From an uncultured Acidobacteriota bacterium (GTDB lineage: Bacteria; Acidobacteriota; Terriglobia; Acidiferrales; UBA7541), in contig CAWBIB010000005.1 of assembly GCA_963788785.1 (NCBI GenBank), forward strand, positions 111,893 through 175,892: a stretch of DNA of 64,000 nucleotides, read 5' to 3'. Position numbers and translations under genes: made by a program. Below the pieces are notes generated by a model that saw nothing but the letters and a program-made list of their open reading frames with translations, was not told the origin of the DNA and made no database searches. This document shows, piece after piece, positions 10,062-19,403 of this stretch (position 1 is its first letter; each line of letters opens with the position of its first letter).

Positions 10062-10793
10062 TTACTGACTCAGAGAGAAAACCACGTCAATGGTGGTGTC
10101 GACTTCCACCGGCACACCATTCAAAAGGGTTGGCTGATAGCGCCACTGTTTCACGGCGTCCAGCGCCGACTGGACCAGCAGCGGATGCCCGGATTCCAGG
10201 CTGAGCGACTGAATCGAGCCGTCTTTGCCGATGATGGCGTGCAGGCGAACCGTGCCGGAAATGCGGGTCTGCCGCGCCAGCGGAGGATAATTAGGCTTCA
10301 CCTGGTTGATGAGCTTGGCGGCTTGCACCTGGCCGCCCTGGTGAATGCGCGATTGCGTAACCTTCGGCGGCGGTGGCGCGGCGCCGATGCCGCCCATCAC
10401 TCCACCCAAAACACCACCGAGGCTGCCGCCGGCCACACCGCCCGGCACGCCCACTCCACCGACCGCACCCATGTCCGGGTCAGCGTCTTCCTTAATAATT
10501 TTGACGTCCTTCGGGATAACTTTTGGCGCCACCAGTTTGCCGGCATCCATCAAGTGGACCTGCGGCTTGACGTGCACAATAGCCGCGACGGGCGGCGGCG
10601 GGGGAGGCGGGGGAGGCGGCGGCGCGACCAGCAGCGTAGCCATCATCGTCTTCGGCAGCGCCTCCGTGTAAATCAGAGGGATAAGGATCAAGATCGACAG
10701 GAAGCCCACCTGAAAAATCATGGACAGCACCACCGTCCAGGGCTTGTTGGTCTTGACCGCCTTCGAAGTCGAAACCACCATATCTTCAAACAT
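10062..10793 (-). CDS. tonB: TonB family energy transducer
   Basis: N-terminal TM, poly-Pro linker, TonB-C domain (YPPLARQTRISGTVRLHAIIGKDG...AVKQWRYQP). Confidence 0.9.
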   Translation of the reverse strand: MFEDMVVSTSKAVKTNKPWTVVLSMIFQVGFLSILILIPLIYTEALPKTMMATLLVAPPPPPPPPPPPVAAIVHVKPQVHLMDAGKLVAPKVIPKDVKIIKEDADPDMGAVGGVGVPGGVAGGSLGGVLGGVMGGIGAAPPPPKVTQSRIHQGGQVQAAKLINQVKPNYPPLARQTRISGTVRLHAIIGKDGSIQSLSLESGHPLLVQSALDAVKQWRYQPTLLNGVPVEVDTTIDVVFSLSQ

Positions 10794-10799
10794 GAGTTG

Positions 10800-12074
10800 T
10801 TACCTCCCGCCTGCAGGAGCCAGACGCCCTGAGGCGCCCTCGCTTCCGCGGGCTTTGCTGCCGGCTGCGGGTCCGGCGCTTGCTGCTTGCCCCTGGCCGC
10901 GCCAATTGACCCAGGCGACCACGAGCGGAGCAGCGATACCAAAACTGGAGTACGTTCCTATCACAATTCCCACCACTAGAGCAAAGGAGAAAGCACGAAG
11001 TACCTGCCCGCCCATGAGAAATAGTACAAGCACGGTGAGAAATGTGAGTCCGCTGGTGAGAATGGTTCGCGAGAGCGTCTGATTAATGGACTTATTGACG
11101 ACGTCAGCGAACGATTCCCGACGCAGCAAACGGTTGTTTTCGCGGATGCGGTCGAAAATCACGATGGTATCGTTCATCGAGTAGCCGACCAGCGTTAATA
11201 AAGCCGCGATTACCGTTAAAGAAATTTCAAAGTGAAAGAGCGAGAACAGCCCCAGAGTAATCAGCACGTCGTGAAAAACCGCGATAACCGCCGCCGCGCC
11301 GTAAACCCACTCGAAACGAAAGGCAATATATAACAGCATGCCTCCCAAAGCATAGAGGGTGACCCAAATCGCCTGGGAGCGCAGCTCCGCGCCAACTTTG
11401 GCGCCGACAATTTCTACGTTGCGAATCGTGAAAGGTCCTAGCGCATAGCCTTGGGTCAATGCGGATACGACTGCGGGCGTCGTGCCGTCCACCTGCGAAA
11501 GGTCGCTCATATTGGTGAGCACGCCGTTGGCGCTCTTATCGCGATACTGCAAAATCCTTTTCGCCAATTGCGTGTAACGGTCTCCGGCATTGCTGGAGAG
11601 CGCCAGAGGATCGCGTTCAGTCAGAAAAGTGGTCAGCGAAGTCGGCGTCGCCGCGTTGAAATCCGGCCGGGTCGAGGTGCTCTGGCCATAAATGGCGTTG
11701 AGCGCATTCAGAACCTGGGTTTTGCTGGCGTCCAGCGCCTGATCCGTTTCGCCTTTGCGTTCCAGTCCGATGACCACTTCGTTGGCTTTCGCGCCAGGCA
11801 GGGCGTTGTCGCTAATGGCCTGAATTTCGCTGCCGGTCAAACCTTGCGCGGTCAGCGCGTTGCGCAGCTGGTCCACGTTCGGAGGTTGCGCGAAGCGCAC
11901 ATCCACGTTGGTTCCACCCCGAAAATCAATGCCGTAAGGAAGACCGCCGTGCGCTGGGCCGCCCTTCATAAACACTGAGGCCCAGCCGATCACCAGGAGC
12001 AGTGCGCTGAGGGCGAAGAAGTACTTGGCTTTGCCCATCCAGTCGATATTTGGCTGTTTGAATAGCTCAATCAT
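10800..12074 (-). CDS. secF: Protein translocase subunit SecF with enlarged periplasmic domain
   Basis: GIDFRGG, VGAELR, FHDVLIT, GYSMNDTIVIFDRIRE, SINQTLSRTILTS. Confidence 0.95.
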   Translation of the reverse strand: MIELFKQPNIDWMGKAKYFFALSALLLVIGWASVFMKGGPAHGGLPYGIDFRGGTNVDVRFAQPPNVDQLRNALTAQGLTGSEIQAISDNALPGAKANEVVIGLERKGETDQALDASKTQVLNALNAIYGQSTSTRPDFNAATPTSLTTFLTERDPLALSSNAGDRYTQLAKRILQYRDKSANGVLTNMSDLSQVDGTTPAVVSALTQGYALGPFTIRNVEIVGAKVGAELRSQAIWVTLYALGGMLLYIAFRFEWVYGAAAVIAVFHDVLITLGLFSLFHFEISLTVIAALLTLVGYSMNDTIVIFDRIRENNRLLRRESFADVVNKSINQTLSRTILTSGLTFLTVLVLFLMGGQVLRAFSFALVVGIVIGTYSSFGIAAPLVVAWVNWRGQGQAASAGPAAGSKARGSEGASGRLAPAGGR

Positions 12075-12250
12075 GCCGCTTTTGCTTCCCTTCCTTAGAC
12101 TCCGAGGGATTCGGCTTTGTTCCCGACGCGTTCTTCTCTATGGATAGAATAGAGGGTGCGCATCTTTTAACCTACAGAACGCCCGTTTGTAATCGAGTGA
12201 ACCGTGTATCCCATGAGTCCTAGTACGCGTTTAAGTGCCTTTGAAGCCTA

Positions 12251-13882
12251 CTAAATGCTTAATTCTGCCTGGCGGTCCATCTTGGCCAGGTGGTATTGGA
12301 AAATTGTCTTGGAAACGTAGATAGCCGTGAACACGTTGGCGATCAAACCGATCGTCAAGGTGATGGCAAACCCGCGGATCGGTCCAGTTCCAAAAAGGAA
12401 CAGAAAGAACGCCGATACCACGGTCGTGACGTGGGTGTCGATAATCGTTAGAAAGGCCTTGTCGAAGCCCGCCTGAACGGCCGAAGCGGCCGACTTGCCA
12501 TTACGCAATTCTTCGCGGATGCGCTCGAAAACCAGCACGTTGGAGTCGACGCCCATACCAATCGTCAGAATCACGCCGGCGATACCCGGCAGAGTGAGCA
12601 CCGCGCCAAACATGGCCAACGCGGCCAGCAAAATAAGCAGGTTCAGGATCAACGCCACCACGGCGTTGGCGCCCGAGAGCCGGTAGTAGAACAGCATGAA
12701 GATCATCACTACGAGTAAGCTCAACACCGAAGCTTGCACGCCATGGCGGATGGAATCGGCGCCCAGCGAAGGACCCACAGTGCGCTCTTCCAGATACTTG
12801 ATCGACGCCGGCAGAGCTCCGGACCGCAAAACCAAAGCCAAGTCGTGCGCGGAATCTTGACTGAAATTTCCAGTGATCTGGCCGTTGTCGTCGATGCGGC
12901 CCTTGATTACCGGAGCCGAATAGACGGTTTTTTCCAGCACGATGGCCATCTGCTGACCGATGTGCGACTCCGTGAAAGGACCGAAGGTGCGCGCCGCGTC
13001 GCCTGAAAGCGTGAACCCAACCTCGTACATCCCCGGATTGGCGGTGCTGCGGTTTTCAGTGGCGCTGCGTAAATCGCGTCCCGTAATGATCGACGTGCGG
13101 CTGAGCAGGTACCAGCTCTCGGTGGGAGTCGCTCCAGAGCCGGTGGTTGTCGGCGCGCGGCCTGGTACCAGTTCTGTTCCGGCTGGCAAAACTCCTCCAT
13201 GCCGCTGCAGCGCTTCGGCCTGCGAGGTGTATACTGCGGGATCCATGACCAATTTCAATTGCAATTGCCCGGTCTGCTGAATCACGTCTTTCGCGCGCGT
13301 GGGATCGCCTTCCCCAGGAAGCTGCACGAGAATTTCATTGTCGTTACGGCCATGCAGCTGAATCGTCGGCTCGGTCAAACCCAACGCGTTAATACGACGC
13401 TCGATGGTTTCGAGAGACTGCGTCATCGTCGTGGACTGGATTTGCGCGATCGCGCTGGGCCGCATGGTTAGCGTGAAACCGTTCTGCTCGCCGGCGGTCG
13501 AACTCAGATCCCACAACCCGGCGTACTGCGTGCTGATCAAATCGCGGAACGCACCGAGCTGGTTGGCATCTACGTTGCGAATGATGATGTGGGTGTCGTC
13601 GCTGCGGCGCACTTCGTCGTAGGTAATATTTTTGGCCCGCAGCGCGGTCGTCAAGCGGTCCACCGCTTGGTCCGTCTCCTGCGCGATGGCTTCTTGCACC
13701 TGCACTTGCAGAATCAAGTGCGTGCCGCCCTGTAAGTCCAGGCCCAGCTTGATCTGGTGCGCGAAATTATCTTTGATTGTCGCTACGGACGTGGGAAACG
13801 TCGGGTAGCCCACCAGAAAATAAACGCAGAACAAAATTACCGCCAGGATGAACAGCGCTTTCCACTTCAGGTTAGGAGTCAT
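12251..13882 (-). CDS. secD: Protein translocase subunit SecD
   Basis: LGLDLQGG, IERRINALG, VGPSLG, GMGVDSNVLVFERIREE, IRGFAITL. Confidence 0.96.
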   Translation of the reverse strand: MTPNLKWKALFILAVILFCVYFLVGYPTFPTSVATIKDNFAHQIKLGLDLQGGTHLILQVQVQEAIAQETDQAVDRLTTALRAKNITYDEVRRSDDTHIIIRNVDANQLGAFRDLISTQYAGLWDLSSTAGEQNGFTLTMRPSAIAQIQSTTMTQSLETIERRINALGLTEPTIQLHGRNDNEILVQLPGEGDPTRAKDVIQQTGQLQLKLVMDPAVYTSQAEALQRHGGVLPAGTELVPGRAPTTTGSGATPTESWYLLSRTSIITGRDLRSATENRSTANPGMYEVGFTLSGDAARTFGPFTESHIGQQMAIVLEKTVYSAPVIKGRIDDNGQITGNFSQDSAHDLALVLRSGALPASIKYLEERTVGPSLGADSIRHGVQASVLSLLVVMIFMLFYYRLSGANAVVALILNLLILLAALAMFGAVLTLPGIAGVILTIGMGVDSNVLVFERIREELRNGKSAASAVQAGFDKAFLTIIDTHVTTVVSAFFLFLFGTGPIRGFAITLTIGLIANVFTAIYVSKTIFQYHLAKMDRQAELSI

Positions 13883-13912
13883 GGTCAGAATTTATAGGGC
13901 CGCGAAGTGGGC

Positions 13913-14230
13913 TTATTTTGCATCTTCCGATGCCTCCACCTGGGCGATAGCTGCTCGCGATACGCGAATTTTTACTTGCGGCTCTGAGGAAATCTTCAAA
14001 ATCACCGAATCCCCATCGATGCCGCTGATGGAGCCGTAAATTCCACCGGTGGTCAGAATCTTGTCGCCGGTTTTGAGCGCCGCCAGCATTTCCTGGGTCT
14101 TTTTGCGCTGCTTCTGCTGCGGCATGATCACCATCAAATACATGATGCCGAACATCAAGCCCAGCGGAATCAGGAACCCGCCAAAACCCCCTGCTGCGCC
14201 GCCAAGTTGTAAGAATGTTGCCAATGTCAT
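13913..14230 (-). CDS. yajC: Preprotein translocase subunit YajC
   Basis: PQQKQRKK..MLAALK.GDKILTTGGIYG. Confidence 0.94.
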   Translation of the reverse strand: MTLATFLQLGGAAGGFGGFLIPLGLMFGIMYLMVIMPQQKQRKKTQEMLAALKTGDKILTTGGIYGSISGIDGDSVILKISSEPQVKIRVSRAAIAQVEASEDAK

Positions 14231-14398
14231 GAAGCTTTTTCGCCCAACCCTTCTTGCCCCGAATCTTGATTCGCAGCTTTAGAAACCCTGTTGGCGACAA
14301 AAACCGCCAGTGGCGAGAGTTTCCTCGCTCCCGAATTTCACCGTGTTCTCTGCCTTGGTGCCCCGCGGACTGCCGAATCGCGCGACTATTTCAGTGCA

Positions 14399-15556
14399 TT
14401 ATGCTGGCCCAGCAGTATAACGCGCGCGCATCTCCGATGAGAAATTCGCTAGGTTCCCAAACTCGATAGCCTCGCGGATTTGCCGCATTATGTCAAGGTA
14501 AAAGTGGACATTGTGGTGGGTCGCCAGAATCGCCGCAGTCATCTCTCCGGCCGCGAAAAGATGCCGTAAATAGGCCCGCGTGTAGCGCCGGCAGACGGAA
14601 CAACTGCAATTCGCATCGATGGGATTCTGATCTTCGGCGTAACGTTTGCCCTTGATCAGCACGCGGCCTTCGCTAGTATATAAGCAAGCATGCCGCGCGG
14701 CGCGTGTTGGCAGCACGCAATCCATCATGTCGATGCCTAGCGCCACGTAATCGGCAAGTTGCTCCGGACGGCCTACACCCATCAAATAACGCGGCCGTTC
14801 GCGCGGCAGTAGCGCCGTAACTTCGCCGGCCATCTCGCAAGTAACCTCATGCGGCTCGCCAACTGCCAGTCCACCCACGGCGTAACCGGGGAAATCCAGT
14901 TCCAAAAGTTGCCGCGCACTTTCGCGCCGCAAATCAGCGAAGGTAGCGCCTTGCACAATTCCAAATTGCCATTGTTCGCCGGCGACATTCGCCGGATTGG
15001 TAGCAGGATCGTTGCGCGCGGCATTTTCCAGAAAATATTTTCGCGCCCGGTTGGCCCACGCGGTGGTCCGCTTCAACGCCGATTCGGCTTTATCGCGCGG
15101 CGCGGGAGTCTCGATACACTCATCGAGCACCATCGCGATGTCCGACCCCAGCGCCAGCTGAATTTCGGACGCCCGCTCCGGCGTCAATAAATGTTCCGAC
15201 CCATCCAGATGGGATCGGAAGCGCACACCCTCATCGGTAATCTTCCGCAAATCAGAAAGACTGAAGACTTGATACCCGCCCGAGTCGGTAAGAATCGCGC
15301 CATTCCACGACATGAATTTATGCAGCCCACCCATACGGCGGACCAGTTCATGCCCTGGGCGCAAAAATAAATGGTAGGTATTGCCAAGAATAATGCTGGC
15401 GCCCAGCGTCTCCAAATCTTCCTGGCGCAGCGCTTTAACGCTAGCCTGGGTTCCGACCGGCATAAACACCGGCGTTTCAATCACCCCGTGTGGGGTAATT
15501 AAACGTCCGCGGCGCGCACCAGTAGCGTTGGTATGGAGAACTTCGAAAGAAAACAC
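14399..15556 (-). CDS. tgt: tRNA-guanine transglycosylase
   Basis: TPVFMPVGTQ, NTYHL, LTDSGGYQVFS, DCVLPTR, Zn site CSCSVC. Confidence 0.97.
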   Translation of the reverse strand: MFSFEVLHTNATGARRGRLITPHGVIETPVFMPVGTQASVKALRQEDLETLGASIILGNTYHLFLRPGHELVRRMGGLHKFMSWNGAILTDSGGYQVFSLSDLRKITDEGVRFRSHLDGSEHLLTPERASEIQLALGSDIAMVLDECIETPAPRDKAESALKRTTAWANRARKYFLENAARNDPATNPANVAGEQWQFGIVQGATFADLRRESARQLLELDFPGYAVGGLAVGEPHEVTCEMAGEVTALLPRERPRYLMGVGRPEQLADYVALGIDMMDCVLPTRAARHACLYTSEGRVLIKGKRYAEDQNPIDANCSCSVCRRYTRAYLRHLFAAGEMTAAILATHHNVHFYLDIMRQIREAIEFGNLANFSSEMRARYTAGPA

Positions 15557-15581
15557 GATGCTATCAGCGTATCACGAGCCA

Positions 15582-16346
15582 TCAAGTGAAAATCCACGCC
15601 ACCGTAGTGAACACCACGATCAAAAGCGCGTAAAGCCCGCCGGCAATCGCCAGAGATTTCCCCAATGGAAGCTTTTTCGGGTCAGCCATCGAAAATCCAA
15701 TCGCAATTAGTACTAGCGACCAGATACTGAAAACATCCAGCGGCCCTAGTAGCGCAAGCTGCCACGTGGGCGCATCCGAGCCCAGAAATGCGCCTGGATT
15801 GGACGCCAGGAAATTCTCCGGATCAATAGCCCGCGGGTCTTTCAACAGCGTCACCGGAATAGCCAGCAACTCTCGCAAACCATCCGGCAAATGACCAAAG
15901 GCACTGATCGCGAAAGCCACCGCGAAATTCAGCCGGGCCCCTGCAAACAACTTGTACGCGCCTAGATAAATTCCTGCCGTGATGGTAATTAGAAGCGGCC
16001 AGCCGATCACCCCGCGAACGTAGCGAATAATTTTCGAGCGTCCCGCCGCCTGCGCGTAGGCCGCCTCTTTCTGCTCATCTTTCAACTGCTCCATCTGGGA
16101 CGCCGCAAACTTGTTCTTCGAGATTTGCTCCTTGGAGAATTCCATCCAGTCCACTCGCCGCACCATCACCGCGCTTAGTCCCAGCCAGATGAGGAAAAGA
16201 ACCAGCAGCGGCGCGAGCCAGCTCGGACGCCGCACAATATCCGCAAACGTATTCTTCGGATCGAAAAAGACTCCGGTAATCCGCGCGAATGCCCCCAGTC
16301 GCGGTTGCCCTCCAGAATCAGACAACGCTATAGAAGGTGTACTCAT
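15582..16346 (-). CDS. Yip1-domain membrane protein
   Basis: ATG 16346 after GGAGGAG; GVFFDPK.TF..I..RPSWL motif; multiple TMs. Confidence 0.75.
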   Translation of the reverse strand: MSTPSIALSDSGGQPRLGAFARITGVFFDPKNTFADIVRRPSWLAPLLVLFLIWLGLSAVMVRRVDWMEFSKEQISKNKFAASQMEQLKDEQKEAAYAQAAGRSKIIRYVRGVIGWPLLITITAGIYLGAYKLFAGARLNFAVAFAISAFGHLPDGLRELLAIPVTLLKDPRAIDPENFLASNPGAFLGSDAPTWQLALLGPLDVFSIWSLVLIAIGFSMADPKKLPLGKSLAIAGGLYALLIVVFTTVAWIFT

Positions 16347-16568
16347 AGACTCGCTCCTCCACTCGCTCCAAGTAGCACAGGCATTCCTGCCTGTGCGCAG
16401 ACGCAAACCGCGCCGCAGAATTTACCCGGCGCAGTCACCCGCCATCTGGCGTCCTGCCCGTGACTACGCAACGGGCGCGGCAAATATATCGAACCTCAGC
16501 AGCAATTTTACAAGATTTTTAAGAGAGGAAAGACCGCATTCCGGCGGGCACCCCGCCGCCACCGCCGC

Positions 16569-17381
16569 CTAAACCCGCGGCAACTCCGGGACCGCCGCCA
16601 ACAACTCTTGCGTATAAGGATGCTGTGGCGCGCGCAACACCTGCTCCGCCTCGCCCAATTCCACAAATTTTCCCGCGCGCATCACTGCAATCCGCGTCGC
16701 CACCTGCGCTACTACCGGCAAACTGTGCGAAATCAACAAGTACGTCAACCCAAACTCCGCCTGCAATTCCTGGAGCAACACCAGCATCTGCGCCGCAACC
16801 GACACATCCAGCGCCGAAACCGGCTCGTCGGCCACAATCAACTTCGGCCGCAAAATCAGCGCTCGCGCGATCCCAATCCGTTGCCGCTGCCCCCCGGAAA
16901 ATTCGTGTGGATACCGCGCGGCAAACTCTTCGTTCAAGCCAACGCGCCGCAACATCGCCGCCGTCCGCTCGCGCCGCTCACCTCCAGAAAGCGCCGGCTC
17001 GTGTATCGCCAGCGGCTCCGCCACAATCTCCCCAACGCGCATCCGCGGATTCAGCGAAGCGTACGGATCCTGAAACACCATCTGCACCTGCCGCCGCGCC
17101 CCGCGCAACTCCGCACCGCTCAACGCCGTAAAATCGCGCCCCACAAAAATAATCTTCCCGCCATCCGGCTCAATCAATCGCAACAACATCCGCGCCAGCG
17201 TGGTCTTCCCGCACCCGCTCTCCCCCACAATCGCAAAAGTCTCTCCCGCTACGATGTCAAAGCTAACGCCATCCACCGCCCTAAACGACGCGCCCTCTCC
17301 CCCCGCCGCAAACGCACCCCCGCCGCGCTTGTACGTCTTGCGCAGCTCTGTCACACTCATCAATGTTTCTTTAGTCGCCAT
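16569..17381 (-). CDS. Oligopeptide/dipeptide ABC transporter ATP-binding protein (OppF/DppF type)
   Basis: [37 protein letters not shown]. Start moved to 17381 because the ORF-track start lies in a REP element. Confidence 0.9.
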   Translation of the reverse strand: MATKETLMSVTELRKTYKRGGGAFAAGGEGASFRAVDGVSFDIVAGETFAIVGESGCGKTTLARMLLRLIEPDGGKIIFVGRDFTALSGAELRGARRQVQMVFQDPYASLNPRMRVGEIVAEPLAIHEPALSGGERRERTAAMLRRVGLNEEFAARYPHEFSGGQRQRIGIARALILRPKLIVADEPVSALDVSVAAQMLVLLQELQAEFGLTYLLISHSLPVVAQVATRIAVMRAGKFVELGEAEQVLRAPQHPYTQELLAAVPELPRV

Positions 17382-17409
17382 CGCTCCCAACAATTTCGCC
17401 AGCGTCTTT

Positions 17410-17436
17410 GTAGCGGCCGCCTTCTGAGGCGGGCGC
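17410..17436 (+). repeat. REP-like palindrome, GTAG class A
   Basis: GTAG-CGG-CCGCCT-TCTG-AGGCGG; near-identical copies at 21571 and 22306. Confidence 0.75.
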
Positions 17437-17461
17437 ATTTTTCAACAATGAGGAACGCCAG

Positions 17462-18463
17462 TCACTTCGCCAAAATTTCTGCGACCCCACCCACCAATAC
17501 ACATCTCGCAGAATGCCCAACGTCACCCGCCACAGCCCGCAAATCCGGCACCCGCACCACGCACACCTCCCTTCTCCACGAACACCGCGGCGCAAACGCA
17601 CACCCCGCGGGCAACTCCGTCAACTGCGGCACAGTCCCCGGAATCGGCTCCAGCTTCCCACGTTCCAGCGTCGGCGAAGCCGCCAACAATCCCTTCGTAT
17701 AAGGATGCGCCGGCCCCGCGAGCACTTCGCCCACCGGCCCCGACTCCACGATCCGTCCGGCATACATCACCGCCACGCGATCCGCCACCTGCGCCACCAC
17801 TCCCAGATCATGCGTAATAAAAAGCATCCCCAGCCGCATCTCGCGCCGCAATTGATCCAGCAGACCCAGCACCTGCTTCTGCACCGTAACGTCCAGCGCC
17901 GTAGTAGGCTCATCCGCAATCAAGAGCCGCGGCCCCGCCGCCAGCGCCATCGCAATCATCACCCGTTGCCGCAATCCCCCAGAAAGCTGGTGCGGAAATT
18001 GCTTGGCGCGCACCTCCGGCTCCGGCACAGACGCCCGCCGCAACGCCGCAACTGTTCTCTTCTCAATTTCCGCCCCGCTCAGTGCCGGGCCATGCGCGCG
18101 AATCGCCTCCGCCACCTGCGCGCCCACCGACATCACCGGATTCAGCGAGGTCATCGGCTCCTGAAACACCATCGCAATTTCTCCGCCGCGCACCGCTCGC
18201 CACTCGCTCTCGCGCAGACCAACCAAATTTTTCGCCGAACTCTTTTCGCCAGATAAAATTGCCTCGCCAGAAACTCGCGCCCCCACCGGCAATAATCCCA
18301 TCAACGCCAAGGACAACATCGTCTTTCCGCTGCCAGACTCTCCCACCAGCCCGAGCGTCTCCCCAGCCGCAATCCGCAGCGAAACCTCATTCACCGGACG
18401 GACCCACCCCCGCGGAGTCGGCAACTCCACCGTTAGTCCACGCACCTCCAGCAAATCCGTCAT
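17462..18463 (-). CDS. Oligopeptide/dipeptide ABC transporter ATP-binding protein (OppD/DppD type)
   Basis: GESGSGKT, FPHQLSGGLRQRV, DEPTTALDVT, C-terminal GCAFAPRC. Confidence 0.92.
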   Translation of the reverse strand: MTDLLEVRGLTVELPTPRGWVRPVNEVSLRIAAGETLGLVGESGSGKTMLSLALMGLLPVGARVSGEAILSGEKSSAKNLVGLRESEWRAVRGGEIAMVFQEPMTSLNPVMSVGAQVAEAIRAHGPALSGAEIEKRTVAALRRASVPEPEVRAKQFPHQLSGGLRQRVMIAMALAAGPRLLIADEPTTALDVTVQKQVLGLLDQLRREMRLGMLFITHDLGVVAQVADRVAVMYAGRIVESGPVGEVLAGPAHPYTKGLLAASPTLERGKLEPIPGTVPQLTELPAGCAFAPRCSWRREVCVVRVPDLRAVAGDVGHSARCVLVGGVAEILAK

Positions 18464-18539
18464 GACCAAATCATACGCAGAAACCCAACAGCGCGGAAAA
18501 ATCGTAAACATTTTTTTGCGTGACCGTTATAGTAACGAT

Positions 18540-19403
18540 GTGTCGAAAATATTTTGCCCGCGATGCGGAAAGCAAGCGTTCTATGACGATTTTACAAAGA
18601 GTTCGAAGCCCTGTTGCCTGTCATGCGGCTGGAATTTGGAACTGGCGAAAGAACGCAGTCGTTCTCTACTAAAAGGGCTGTCAGTTGGTCTGGCGATGTT
18701 CGGCATATTTCTCGGCTGTATGGCATTCTTTTCGAAGGATTTCTCCATCCTCATCCCATTTTTGTTTATGGCCGGCCTCCTCAGCGCCGTCGCGATTCCT
18801 AGTTGGAAACGTTTGCGAAAGCTAGAAGCGGCCGCCAGTTCAATGCCGTTCGTCGATAATTCGCAACTACCGATCTCAGCCATCACGCCAGAAACGAAGA
18901 AAGCAGGTTCGTTGAACGCCGACCAATTGCGGGCGCTTCCCAAACCGCGGCGCGTGCGTTTTAAGACTCTGCCGAAAGTATTGTCGATTGCTTTTCCTAT
19001 CTTTATCGCGCTAGCCCTTTACTTCGGTTTCGCCTATGTTCGAGACGGCCTGCTCGCCTACACCTCAATCTCCGGTCTGTGGGTGCCCCTGTTTATCGCT
19101 GCGATTTGGTCCGCTATTGCGGTCCAGTCTCTGCGTCGCGCTAGGCGCGATTTGAAACTTCTCGCGGAAGGCGATTTGGCGGTGGCCACCGTCACCGCGC
19201 AGTGGATGACCGGAGGTAAAGGATCACGGAGCAGAATCAGTTTTCAGTTCAGAGATGCGTCAGGACGATTGATCCTTGGCGAGGCCGATGACAGTTCGCG
19301 CGCGCTCTTCGAAGAAATGGAAATCATAGTGTTCTACGAACCCTTCAATCCAGAGAACTGCGTTCCCCAAAAACTAGCGGCGTGCGAACTCGCAGAAACC
19401 TAG
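18540..19403 (+). CDS. Membrane protein with N-terminal Zn-ribbon and C-terminal DUF3592-like domain
   Basis: CPRC...CLSC; four hydrophobic segments; C-terminal ISFQFRDASG...IVFYEPFNP; likely GTG start at 18540. Confidence 0.6.
   Translation: MSKIFCPRCGKQAFYDDFTKSSKPCCLSCGWNLELAKERSRSLLKGLSVGLAMFGIFLGCMAFFSKDFSILIPFLFMAGLLSAVAIPSWKRLRKLEAAASSMPFVDNSQLPISAITPETKKAGSLNADQLRALPKPRRVRFKTLPKVLSIAFPIFIALALYFGFAYVRDGLLAYTSISGLWVPLFIAAIWSAIAVQSLRRARRDLKLLAEGDLAVATVTAQWMTGGKGSRSRISFQFRDASGRLILGEADDSSRALFEEMEIIVFYEPFNPENCVPQKLAACELAET

Noticed and set aside
10590-10630. GGC/GGA repeat tract
   Set aside because: Simply encodes the TonB poly-proline linker.
6773-10793. Calling the module Tol-Pal
   Set aside because: No tolB or pal; the transducer has a TonB-C domain and a poly-Pro linker rather than a TolA helix.
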